From Octopus vulgaris (Eukaryota), in assembly GCA_951406725.2 (NCBI GenBank), contig OX597829.1, positions 37,882,001-37,946,000 on the forward strand: a stretch of DNA of 64,000 nucleotides. Direction: 5' to 3'. The number at the start of each line of letters is the position of its first letter. Positions within the stretch are counted from its first letter, which is position 1. Shown piece by piece: positions 37,722 to 49,945 of the stretch. A program made the position numbers and the translations under genes. The notes beneath the pieces are model-generated. The model was not told the origin of the DNA, ran no database searches, and worked only from the letters and a program-made list of their open reading frames with translations.

Positions 37722-38328
37722 GCTCGATCTACCTTTGGATGCCTAAAGCGGTGTCTGTGGGACCGAAGGGAGATCTCATCGGTGACCAAAGGGCGAATAT
37801 ATCAGGCCGTCGTTTGTACAGTTCTTCTCTATGGCTGTGAAACGTGGCCTATGCGGGTGTTCGATCAACGAAGGCTGGAAGTCTTCGACAATGACTGCTT
37901 CTGGTGCATTCTTTGCTGCTGTCGGGTGGATTGAGTTCCCACCGCCAATCTCTGCCTTTGCCTGCCTCTGTGGCCCCTTCCATCTGTCCTTCTGCAACGG
38001 CACTTGTGGTGGTTTGGCCATGCATGTAGGCGTCCGGTGGGTGAACTGAGCCGTGATGTCTTTCTCCCGACTCCACTTCCCAACTGACAGAAACTCATGG
38101 GCGAGCAGCTGAAGACCTGGGTTATGACGATCAAGGAGGACCTCTCCGTGCTCACGGGTCTGCAGGTGGTCGGCCTGCGCCAATGGAACCGTGACTGGCT
38201 CGCTATCTCCAGTGAACTGACGCAGGACCGTCGTGCGTGGACTGCCATGGTTCAAGATTCCTCGAGGGTGGTAGAAGAAGCTGACTCAACCCGCCCAGGG
38301 TGAATGTCACCACAAGTACAAGTAAGTA
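37722..38328 (+). mobile_element. RTE-clade LINE 3' fragment (SR2-like C-terminus)
   Basis: TKGRIYQAVVCTVLLYGCETWPMR...RRLEVFDNDC and GLRQWNRDWLAISSELTQDRRAW...STRPG*; tail caagtacaagtaagta. Confidence 0.88.
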
Positions 38329-38461
38329 TACAGTGTGAAGATGTGGACAATATTGTTGCAGTGAAGTACACTCCACTATTTAGAATAGAACTTATAAGAA
38401 TATTCTTCATATAAAAGCTGTACAAAATTATGATAAAGGATTTGATAATTGATGTTCTTTT

Positions 38462-38845
38462 ATTCTTTTATTTGTCTCAGTCATTTGACTGCGGCCATGC
38501 TGCAGCACTGCCTTTAGTTGAGTAAGTCGACCCCAGGACTTATTCTTTGTAAGCTTAGTACTTACTCAATTGATCTCTTCTACCAAACTACTAAGTTACG
38601 GAGATGTAAACACACCAGCATCAGTTGTCAAGCGATGTTGAGGGGACAAATACAGACATACAAACATATATGTATATACATATATATGATGGGCTTCTTT
38701 CAGTTTCCGTCTTCCAAATCCACTCACAAGGCTTTGGTTAGCGCGAGGCTATAGCAGAAGACACATGCCCAAGGTGCCACACAGTGGGACTGAACCCAGA
38801 ACCATATGGTTGGTAAGTAAGCTACTTACCACACAACCACTCCTA
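38462..38845 (-). mobile_element. SINE-B
   Basis: Complete tail, microsatellite, CORE-like segment and head. Confidence 0.85.
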
Positions 38846-39411
38846 TGAAATTTCAACCAGGAAGATTTTAATTTAACTGTGAACACTTTAATATAAGCAC
38901 AGGAATTTTATTTCTTCTTTGATGGTAGTCAGGTGATTGATGCTTGTAACTTTGGACAAGAAGCAAACACAAAGCAGGTTGGTATTAAAAGAGTTAATCT
39001 TTTTGTGTCCTTCTTTCTTGAAATTCCTGAGTAACTTATTAAAAAATATATAATAAAATATAAAAACGAAATAAAAGAAATAAAAATATAAAAAACCTGT
39101 AGCCATGATATTGTCACTTGCATCACATCTAGCTATAATTAAAACTCCATGGTAATATTTCATACTGCGAGGAGTTGGTGGCAATTATTTGTTATCATAA
39201 AAATATTTATTTTTAATTATTTCGGCAAATTAGAAAACAATCTTCACTCTCAAAAAAGATAATAATGAAAGCAGCAAGTAGAAAGTCAGGTTTTCTTCCC
39301 TTCTTTTTTGCTTCTCTTTTAGGTGACATGATACAAGATGAAAAATTGTATTGGGTCAACAAGAATATGTTATTTTTTTTTTTATGATACTTGCCTTAAC
39401 TTGTAGATTAG

Positions 39412-39442
<31 letters not shown>

Positions 39443-39572
39443 GGCTAAGTTAGAAGGTGGGGGCAGGTGGCAGTGACCATGACCTTTTAGTTGAGACTCT
39501 GTAACTGGTGATGGAAATAATAGAAGCTACAATGATTTTGGGATTGCATTATTCTTCAGCCTGGGAATGGTT

Positions 39573-39951
39573 ACTCTCTCTCTCTTTTACTTGTTTCAGT
39601 CATTTGACTGCGGCCATGCTGGAGCACCACCTTTAGTCGAGCAAATCGACCCCAGTACTTATTCTATTGGTCTGTTTTGCCGAACTGCTAAGTGACGGGG
39701 ACGTAAACACACCAGCATCGGTTGTCAAGTAATGCTAGGGGGACAAACACAGACACACAAACACATACACACACACATATATATATATACATATATACGA
39801 CAGGCTTCTTTCAGTTTCCGTCTACCAAATCCACTCACAAGGCATTGGTCGGCCCGGGGCTATAGCAGAAGACACTTGCCCAAGATGCCAAGCAGTGGGA
39901 CTGAACCCGGAACCATGTGGTTGGTTAGCAAGCTACTTACCACACAGCCAC
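39573..39951 (-). mobile_element. SINE-B
   Basis: Complete structure with a small internal deletion. Confidence 0.88.
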
Positions 39952-40267
39952 TAAATATTTGCAATAGAATGTGCACAAAAGTAACCGGGGAAGGGTGGTG
40001 CTAAACTAGGTGACATATGAAGACTTTCGATGTTTTTAAACCCAGTTCAATTTTGATTAAACCAATGATTCAAGTCATTTAAGCCATAATTCCAGACACA
40101 ATGCATCTAGAATTACATAATCAAAAGAATACTTCTTTTCTGTTGTTGTTGTTGTTGTTGTTATGCTCAGCCCAGATCAATCCTGGTTGGAGAGACATAT
40201 TAAGCAATGCCAACTGAGCAGTTGTGACCATCCAGTCTCTTCTTCAGACATTATATATTTATGTATG

Positions 40268-40298
<31 letters not shown>

Positions 40299-40370
40299 TG
40301 TATGTATGTATGTATGTATGTATGTATCTATGTAATGTATGTATGTATGTAATGTATGTATGTATGTATG

Positions 40371-40975
40371 TTTTCATCAGAGATGTCTCAGACACATTCT
40401 CAATGTTGGCTGGACCTCAAAAATTCCAGACACACAGATCCTGAGGACAGCTGATATCTTGAGTATTGAGGCGATGGTACACAAGCACCGGTTGCGTTGG
40501 ACTGGACACCTTATTAGAATGGAGGATAGAAGGATTCCTAAGCAGATGCTCTATGGAGAACTTGTGAATGGAAGGAGACTCCAGCAGAAACCAAGGCTAC
40601 GATTTAAGGACTGTGTCAAGTCCTCGTTAAAGGCCTTTGATATGCAGGACACTGACTGGGAGAACAATGCCTGTCATCGGCACAGATGGAGGAAGCAGGT
40701 TAAGGAGGGGATCGACACTTTTGAGAGAGCATGTATCCAGCATGAAGAACTGAAGCGAGCTGCGCGAAAGCGCACAGCTCGTATAGTGAATGGGGAAAGC
40801 TTGGTCTGCAATGTTTGCAGTCGTGTATGCTTGTCAAGAGCAGGGCTCATTAGCCACCAACGGAGCCGCAAATGCAAAATATAAGATAGTCCTAGAGCGC
40901 ACAATGTTCCTGAAGGTCGGCAATGGTCTTCCTCGGTCACGAGTGGACGGCCATCATCATCATCATCATCATCAT
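40371..40975 (+). mobile_element. RTE (BovB/AviRTE-type) LINE 3' fragment with open frame, inserted in (TATG)n
   Basis: ORF 40339-40884: FHQRCLRHIL, RLRWTGHLIRMEDRRIPKQMLYGEL, RFKDCVK and a terminal CNVC-x12-H finger; (CAT)n tail. Confidence 0.92.
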
Positions 40976-41004
40976 GTATGTATGTATATATGTATGTATG
41001 TATG

Positions 41005-41072
<68 letters not shown>

Positions 41073-41113
41073 CATACACACATTGTGTATAAACTCTATA
41101 TTTGGAATGAACA

Positions 41114-41615
41114 ATTTTAAATGCCGTTGGATTTTTCTCATAAGGTATTGGAATCTTACATATATATCATTCTGCCTAAAAAATGGATCTACAAATTCAA
41201 TATACCTACATATCTCACATCTATTTTCTTTCTTCCACTTCACTCCCTATTTTGTATCCCATCTAAATTAATTATTACTTAACCATCCTCTCACACCATA
41301 TCTGATGAAGGGATATAATTAATAGATATCCTGGAAACACATAATATATATAAGAATTTTTTATGTAATGAGATTTTAGAACATTCATAGATAGGCGAGG
41401 ATATTTATTATATCCCTTCATCGGAGATGGTGTGAGAGGAAGGTTAAGTAATAGCTAATTTAGATAAGATACAAAATAGAGATTGAGGTTGAGGAAAGAA
41501 AATAGATGTGAGATATGTAGGGATATTGTATTTGTAGATCCATTTTTTTTAGGCAGAATGGTATACATATAAGATTCCAATACCTTATGAGTAAAATTCA
41601 ATAGTATTTATAAAT
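41114..41615. mobile_element. Penelope-like inverted pair (~218-bp arms, ~65-bp spacer) between (TA)n tracts
   Basis: 41114-41332 is the diverged reverse complement of 41398-41615; hammerhead-like motif at the inner end. Confidence 0.7.
41298..41347 (+). ncRNA. Hammerhead-like motif
   Basis: ATAT-CTGATGA-AG-GGATAT-aattaatag-ATATCC-TG-GAAAC-AC-ATA-ATAT. Confidence 0.5.
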
Positions 41616-41621
41616 AGATAA

Positions 41622-41660
<39 letters not shown>

Positions 41661-41789
41661 ACACACACACACATAGCCATAGAAATCTTGTTAAATCAGA
41701 TTAGAGTCTGGTGTAGTCCTGGTGAAACCGTCCAACCCATGTCACCATGGACAGTGGATGTTATATGATGATGATAACAAGGGTGATGT

Positions 41790-41831
<42 letters not shown>

Positions 41832-42016
41832 AATTTGGATGAAGCTGGCTGCTGGTGTAATAACCTCATGCAGGCATTCTGCATGAGCAATGGTCAGGGT
41901 GTGCATAGCCATCATCATCATATATGTGTGCATGTATGTGTGTGTCTGTGTGTATGTGTATATATATATATATATATAAATATGTCCACTTAGTGGTTAT
42001 CCCTCTTATATGTAAG

Positions 42017-42071
<55 letters not shown>

Positions 42072-42162
42072 TCCGATAGATATATGCAATTCAGCACATA
42101 GGTAAAATCCAGGTAATATGTATTTGAATATGTATATATATGTATGTATGCATGTGTGTGTG

Positions 42163-42201
<39 letters not shown>

Positions 42202-42723
42202 TCACACATAAACATGTATGTAAATAGCATTCACATGTACATACAATCCTCAATCTTCCTTAGCTAATCACTTTATCAATTATCATATCTGAAAGAAAAG
42301 AGTAATCCAGCCACTCTCTCATTCGTGGTTATGCAAACAGGTAGATAAGTATGCACCCTGTGTAGATAGGTATGTACTTGGACAAATATGTAGGTGATAG
42401 GTAGATAAGTAGTAGGTAGGCTAGTTAGATGGTTAGATGATAGGTGGTTGGTTGGTTGGTTGGTCAGTGAGCCAGCCAGCCAGCCAGTCAGTGGGTTGTT
42501 TGGCGTTTGCTTTGTTTAACATTTATTTATGAAGCAAATATGACCACTTTATAAATATTTCCCAACCACTTTATAGTGTAGCGCTGTCTTCCTTTATAAT
42601 TCTGATCAGATTCAGGTTGGACGAAAAAAAAAAAAAACCAAAAAATCAAATATTTTACATGCAGTCAGCTGGTTGCAGCTCATGGGTGAACTTGTCATAA
42701 CTTGTATCAAATCAGAATATATG

Positions 42724-42781
<58 letters not shown>

Positions 42782-42884
42782 ACATCATTGCACTGATAAT
42801 TTGCAAAGTAATATACAACTCTCTAAAGCAGAAATATTGATCCAACACACTTCTGTGTTCTCTTTATCCACCCCGTTCTCTCTC

Positions 42885-42932
<48 letters not shown>

Positions 42933-43307
42933 TCGTCATCATCATCATCATCATTATCATCATTTAACGCCCATGTTCCATGCTAGCATTGGTAGGACGG
43001 TACCACAAGAGCCTGCCAGGCCAAAGCCTGCACCAGACTTCTGTGATTGTTTTGGCAGGATTTTTACAGCTGGATGCCCTTCCTAACACCAACCACATAC
43101 AATAATGATATATATATATATCATTATTGTACATTTAACATCCATTTTTCCATGCTTGTACAGCTTAGATGGAGTTTATTTGAAGATTTTCTGCAGCTGG
43201 ATGCTCTTCCTGTCACCATCTCTCACTTGTTTCCAAGCAAATTAATATTTCCCCATGGCAAACACAAGGCATATAAAAGCCCATGACATATACATATATG
43301 TATATAT

Positions 43308-43726
43308 ACTCTTACTCTTTTACTCTTTTACTTGTTTCAGTCATTTGACTGCGGCCATGCTGGAGCACCGCCTTTAATCGAGCAACTCGACCCCGGGACT
43401 TATTCTTTTTGTAAGCCCAGTACTTATTCTATCGGTCTCTTTTGCCGAACCGCTAAGTAACGGGGACATAAACACACCAGCATCGGTTGTCAAGCAATGC
43501 TAGAGGGACACATACAGACACACAAACACACACACATACATATATATATATATACATATATACGACAGGCTTCTTTCAGTTTCCGTCTACCAAATCCACT
43601 CACAAGGCTTTGGTCGGCCCGAGGCTATAGCAGAAGACACTCGCCCAATGTGCCACGCAGTGGGACTGAATCCGGAACCATGTGGGTGGTAGACATGCTA
43701 CTTACCACACAGCCACTCCTGCGCCT
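43308..43726 (-). mobile_element. SINE-B, full length, CpG-rich (young)
   Basis: Head reads aggcgcaggagtggctgtgtggtaag on the minus strand; (ACTCTTTT)n tail. Confidence 0.9.
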
Positions 43727-43789
43727 ATGTTCACATGTATATTATTTTTCTATTTGAATTTTGTGTGGATTATTTACTTCTACTGTTTT

Positions 43790-44432
43790 TATGATAAAAT
43801 TGAAAATGAAGGAAAATGAAATTCATTTTTCTCATTTAATGCTCTTTTATTTTTGGAAAGGCAAAAATTCTGTACAAACAGCAAAGAAGATATGTTCTGT
43901 TTGTGGAGATGGTGTCATAGCGGAAAGCATTCTTTGTAAGTGGTTCACTAGGTTTAGAACTGAAAATTTTGACCTGGAAGATCATGAACATTCCAGCAGG
44001 CCTACAGTCATTGATAATGAACAAATTGAGACTTTAATAAAAAATAATCCATGTCACACAATGTGTCACATCACAGAGATTCTCTACATATCTCATGTGA
44101 ATGTTATATGTTCCTTCTTGAGCCATGCCAGGCTCATAAGGGCCGGTTTCCCGGTTTCAGTGGCATAGAAATTCCCTACCTGGATGGGATGCTGGTCCGT
44201 CACAGGATTACTCATTTTTGCCAGCTGAGTGGACTGGAGCAACGGGAAAATGAAGCGTTTTGCTCAAGAACACAACGCATCGCCCTGTCCAAGAATCGAA
44301 ACCACAACCTTACGATCATGAGTTCAACACCCTAACCACTAAGCCACACGCCTCCACATGTGAGTGTCATAAAGCATTTAAAAACACTTGGTTACGTGAA
44401 TTGCTATGATGTTTGTGTGCCTCATAGCTTAT
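43790..44432 (+). pseudogene. Mariner (mellifera-like) transposase N-terminal fragment split by a SINE
   Basis: MKENEIHFSHLMLFYFWKGKN...WFTRFRTENFDLED; resumes after the SINE as HVSVIKHLKTLGYVNCYDVCVPHSL (WVPHEL-like). Confidence 0.85.
44108..44356 (-). mobile_element. tRNA-derived SINE (CORE-like + V-like domains) with 14-bp TSD
   Basis: TSD catgtgaatgttat (44094-44107) / catgtgagtgtcat (44357-44370); head tggcttagtggttaggg...gtttcgattc. Confidence 0.85.
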
Positions 44433-44883
44433 CTAAAAACTTATGGATAAAGGATTGATTAATCCATTATCAACAGTTAATATACCCAAGCTGGTGGGTA
44501 TATGAGCATGTGGAGAGATAGAGTTAAGTCTGGCAAGCTTAGTGTCACTACAAGGAAAAAGATGATTTTACTTACTTTTCAGTCCAGTATTAGAGATTAT
44601 ATGTTTATATTCTATCACTCTCAACCACTTTACTGTCTAAAAATGACTACTTTGACCACCTGCAAAATAATTGGAGGGAGGTCGTTGCCAGTACCGCCTG
44701 ACTGGCCCTTGTACCAGTGGCACGTAAAATCACCCACTACACTCTTGGAGTGGTTGACATTAGGAAGGGCATCCAGCTGTAGAAACTCTGCCAGATCAAG
44801 ATTGAAGCCTGGTGCATCCATCTGGTTCGCCAGCCCTCAGTCATTCGTCCAACCCATGCTAGCATGGAAAGTGGACATTAAAC

Positions 44884-44921
<38 letters not shown>

Positions 44922-46853
44922 CTTTCATCTGGCAAGCTATTAGCTTTATCTTCATTACTTCTATTCTTTTTATCTTGTTTTTATGATGCTTCTTCTCCTT
45001 ATCTTGCCTCTTCACTATCCCTTTTATCTTACTGTTTCCTTCTGCTTTCTCTCTCCCTTTTAAACCTTTATATTTGTAATCACTACCAGGCAACTCACAT
45101 TAGCCAATCTTCTCTTGAAAAGGGAGGCTGGACTTACTGTACTAATTTCATCTGGACTTATTGCTGGTTTCAGACCTATGACATATTATGCACATATCAC
45201 CTGTGACTTATGACAGTTACATTACTCTGAGCCTCTTGAAACAGCTGATGAGCTAAGACATGACCTAATTTTTCTATGTATGTATTTTTACTTTATTTTA
45301 TAATCTGTACTTTGTGCTCTATGCAAATATATGTCTCAAACTTAACTGTGTTTATCTCCCTTACTACCTCTGTGTGTGTGTGTGTATATATATATCATTG
45401 TGACCGAGAACTTTGGAAATATGCCATGCGTGAGAAGACCCAGCAAGCCAAATGAAACCATAATCTCATGGCCTATGCCAGGGGCGTAACCATCCCACTT
45501 ATGCGTAACCTTTTCCTTCTTTGGTCACTAAAACTCTGCTTGTGAAGACCTGTTGAGGCAAGTGAAATCAAATCAATCAAAAGCAAAATCAAAATCAAAT
45601 TCGATGACTGGCGTCTGTGCTAGCAGGATGCAAAGAGCACCATACGAGTCTGATCATTGACAGAGCAGCTAACCGGCTTCCATGCCAGTGGCACTTAAAA
45701 GGCACCATTCGAGCATGATCGTTACCAGTGTCGCCTTACTGGCACTTGTAACATGCTAGTAGGGTGCCAAGAGCACCATCTGAGTGTGATCAGTGCCAGA
45801 GCAGCCAACTGGCTTCCGTGCCAGTGGCACGTAAAAGGGCACGATTTGAGCGTGGTCATTACCAACGTTGCCTTACTGGCACCTGTGCTGGTGGCATGTG
45901 TAAAAACATTCGACCGAGGTCGTTGCCAGTACCGCCTGACTGGCCCCTGTGCCTGTGGCACGTAAAAAGCACCCACTATACTCTCGGAGTGGTTGGCGTT
46001 AAGAAGGGCATCCAGCTGTAGAAATTCTGCCAGATCAAGATTGGAGCCTGGTGCAACCATTTGGTTCGCCAGCCCTCAGTCAAAATCGTCCAACCCATGC
46101 TAGCATGGAAAGCGGACGTTAAATGATGATGATGATGATCATCATTATTGTACATTTAACGTCCATTTTTGCATGCTTGCACAGCTTAGATGGAGTTTAT
46201 TTGAAGAAGATTTTCTGCAGCTGGATGCTCTTCCTGTCACCTTCTCTCACTTGTTTCCAAGCAAATTAATATTTCCCCATGGCAAACACAAGGCATATAA
46301 AAACCCATGACATATACATATATGTGTCTGTATGCTCACATGTGGCTATGTTGGTGTGAACCATAACATTTTGTCCTTCACATGAAAAAAAAGCAAGAAG
46401 CAAGGGGCTACAAATGGTGATGTTTGTTGATATTCCCTTCCGACAGACTGTTCTGAATCTCTGCACTTTGGAAGATAAATTGTATCAAAAAAATCCCATG
46501 CTTGAAAAGCAGGTAAGTAGTTGTGGCAGAAACAACAACTGGTTGTAAAACAATTTCTTAATGATATGTTCATCTAGTCCACACTAAGGAGAAACAAAAC
46601 CCAATGTAAACCAAATGAATGAATGAACAAATAAATGCCTGAGCGAACAAATGAATGCATATATGATTATACAGTTGAATGTGTCTGATAATTTTTTTGT
46701 GATAGTCACTTGTTGATTTGAGTAGCTATTTGTAGCAGGTCAATCAATCACTCAGAATGTCCTGCACATGCATTGCTTATTTGTTCTGCTGCAACCGTTT
46801 ATCGCTGCTACTGCTATTGGTGTTGGTGTTGTTGCTTATCTCCCAAGTCAACA

Positions 46854-47327
46854 TTAACCCTTTTGATACCAACCCGGCCAAAACCGCCTCTGACTCTGTA
46901 GTACAAATGTCTTACTTTCATAAGTTTTGAATTAAAATCTTCCACCAAACCTTAGTCACAGTTTATGTTCTCAACACTAGCTTAATGATAACTAAGTTAT
47001 TTTACTAAATTCTTTGTTATATTTAAAGTAACTGAAAGAAACACAGAGCATCTCAACAGAAATACAGTAATAAAAGGGTTTAAATATATAATAGAGAAAT
47101 AATTCTTAACCCTTTTGATACTAACCTGCCTGAAATGGCTCTGAGTACAAATGTCTTGTTTCCATGAGTTTTGAATTAAAATCTTCCACCAAACCTTAGT
47201 CGCAATTTATGTTCCTAACACCAGCTTAATGATAACCAAGTTATTTTACTAAATTCTTTGTTATATTTAAAATTAATTGAAAGAAACACGGAGCATCTCA
47301 AAATAAATACAGTAATGAAAGGGTTAA
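46854..47327 (+). mobile_element. piggyBac-type MITE dimer
   Basis: Units 46858-47078 and 47110-47323, each CCCTTTT...AAAGGG bounded by TTAA (one imperfect). Confidence 0.85.
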
Positions 47328-47940
47328 TCTGGCAGAGCTGTTACCAAAGACTTTCCAGCCATGACACTCTCTCCTTCAGAGTTAGTATATCTAACACTAT
47401 GTTATTCAGTTGGCCCATCCTATTCGACCTCTAAAACTGCTGCCTACTTCCTATCTCTCCATCTTTTGCTTCCTCATACATTCATGCAAACCCCTACCCA
47501 CTCACACTCCTAGTTCCTCTGTCACAACACACTTCTGATCATCTTGTACCTTTGAGGAGACACCTGAACTTGCAGCTTCTACTGATCGTACTCATTCTTC
47601 TAAAGTTGATTAACCATATAAAGCTCCTCTACAAGAACCTGTTTACCTCTCCCTCCTTCCCTCCTTTCATACTTTAACCCTTCATCTCTTTGCATAAAGC
47701 CCTCCAGCACCCAGTTTCCATAGTTTTGCCAGCTGCAATGGTAATCTCCCTTGTACCAGTGGCTTGAAACGAGCACCGGTACATGCTGTAAAGTGGCTGG
47801 CATTGCAAGGACATCTTATTGCAGACACTGGAGCATGATGCCATCCTCGGGCCCATCAGAGTCTATCAAATTATTCGACCAATGTCAGCATGGCACATGG
47901 ATGCTAAAAGATGAATAGTTATAGCAGCAGCAGCAGCAGT

Positions 47941-48305
47941 GGAGGCGCTATGGCCCAGAGGTTAGGGCAGCGGACTCGCGGTCGAAGGATCGTAGTTTCG
48001 ATTCCCAGACCGGGCGTTGTGTGTGTTTATTGAGCGAAAACACCTAAAGCTCCATGAGGCTCCGGCAGGAGGTGGTGGCAACCCCTGTTGTACTCTTTCA
48101 CTCCGACTTTCTCTCACTCTTTCTTCCTGTTTCTTGTCCCCGACTTCCTACGCAACTGCTGAGCCTGGATGCGCATTCATCCATTCGTCGATGCTCTCGG
48201 TGTTGGGGGTTGACCTGCTTTCTCTTCTGCGGGTCTTACGAATAGCAAAGGACCACGATTCGGACTTCCCCCACTGCGAGCTCTGGGACGAAGACCACTT
48301 CGCTC
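47941..48305 (+). mobile_element. tRNA(Arg)-like SINE, full length, inserted in (CAG)n
   Basis: ggaggcgc.atggcccagaggttagggcagcggacTCGcggtcg...gtttcgattccc head; (CAA/CAG)n tail; first ~190 bp shared with 8788-8950. Confidence 0.8.
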
Positions 48306-48514
48306 AACAGCAACAGCAACAGCAGCAGCAGTAGTAGTAGTAATAGTAATTTTATTCTCGCTGTTGTTTTTCTATTCTCTGTAAGTGAATCCTGATATGA
48401 ACAAATACATTTTAGTACTCAAACATAGTATATTCAGGACTACATTATCTAATAAATCCATTTATGTTGTTGTTGAGAAAATCAGCAAATCTATATTCAA
48501 AAACATGCCTCTTT

Positions 48515-48892
48515 TATTTGACTGCGGCTATGCTGGAGCACTGCCTTTAGTCGAGCAAATCAACCCCATGACTTATTCTTTGTAAGCCTAGTACTTATTC
48601 TATCGGTCTCTCTTGCTGAACCACTAAGTGATGGGGACGTAAACACACCAGCATCGGTTGTCAAATGATGTTGGGGGGGACAAACACAGACACACAAACA
48701 CACACACACACACATATATATATATACATATATACGATGGGCTTCTTTCAGTTTCTGTCTACCAAATCCACTCACAAGGCTCTGGTCAGCCCGAAGCTAT
48801 AGTAGAAGACACTTGCCCAAGGTGCCACGCAGTGGGACTGAACCTCGAACCATGTGGTTCGTAAACAAGCTACTTACCACACAGCCACTCCT
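48515..48892 (-). mobile_element. SINE-B
   Basis: Tail remnant, microsatellite, CORE-like segment and head. Confidence 0.88.
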
Positions 48893-49150
48893 CATGATCA
48901 TTCTGTCTTTTATTCAGACACAGTATAGCTACATCAACCAAAGTGTAGGTTCTTTTTAAACATGTTATTAGATGGAAAATGGGTGTTGTTTCTAGCATGT
49001 TGAGTAACCATGCTGAGGCTCTCTGGTTGACTTGCCATTGTTGTTGTTGTAGCTGTTGCTTTTGTTTTTACTGTTGTTCAACAATAAAGTTTTTATTTTT
49101 TCAAGTTAGAATTATATTTACCATCAATGTTGACTAAACTAAAATTGTAT

Positions 49151-49572
49151 AGGCACAGGAGTGGCTGTGTGGTAAGTAGCTTGCCTACCAACCACATGGT
49201 TCTGGGTTCAGTCCCACTGCGTGGCATCTTGGGCAAGTGTCTTCTGCTATAGCCTCGGGCCGACCAAAGCCTTGTGAGTGGATTTGGTAGACAGAAACTG
49301 AAAGAAGCCTGTCGTATATATGTAAATATATATGTATGTATGTGTGTGTATATGTTTGTGTGTCTGTGTTTGTCCCTCTAGCATTGCTTGACAACCGACG
49401 CTGGTGTGTTTATGTCCCCGTCACTTAGCGGTTTGGCAAAAGAGACCGATAGAATAAGTACTGGGCTTACAAAGAATAAGTCCCAGGGTCGATTTGCTCG
49501 ACTAAAGGCGGTGCTCCAGCATGGCTGCAGTCAAATGACTGAAACAACTAAAAGAGTAAAAGAGTAAAAAGA
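49151..49572 (+). mobile_element. SINE-B, full length
   Basis: aggcacaggagtggctgtgtggtaag...gggttcagtccc head through to the aaaagagtaaaagag tail. Confidence 0.92.
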
Positions 49573-49584
49573 GAGAGAGTATCC

Positions 49585-49945
49585 ATCAGTTGCCTGAACC
49601 TGGAAATATGTCCAGCCCTGCAGAACTTCTGCTTTTGGTATTCTGTGATAACATCATTCACTTCGTCTCATTTCGAATGTGGTCCCTTAGTGATATTCTT
49701 AGCATGGACCTTTGTGCCATAGCCAATTGCCGTTCTTTCCTCTTCATTGTAGTCCATATCTTACTTGCATATAAGAGTACAATTGGGATAGTACTATTGA
49801 TGAATCTGGCATGTATGGTATTACCTGTCTTTGTTTTGAGCTCATCCTTTATTGAGTTAAATGCCTTTCATTCTGCCCTTGTTCTCTTTGAGATTTCAGC
49901 ATTCATATCTTGGCACATATTCATTGTACTCCCTAAGTAGACATA
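49585..49945 (-). mobile_element. Old RTE LINE fragment
   Basis: Minus-strand translation: YLGSTMN...AEISKRTRAE*KAFNSIK...VLLYASKIW...ISLRDHIRNE. Confidence 0.65.

Noticed and set aside
43120-46342. LTR retrotransposon
   Set aside because: The direct repeats lack TG...CA ends, PBS and PPT, and the interior has no gag/pol remnants
47941-48015. tRNA-Arg gene
   Set aside because: No pairing acceptor stem or T-run terminator; it continues into a SINE body, so it is a SINE head
48170-48305. HDV-like ribozyme in the SINE tail
   Set aside because: Local hairpins exist, but I could not build the nested double pseudoknot (P1/P2/P3/P1.1)
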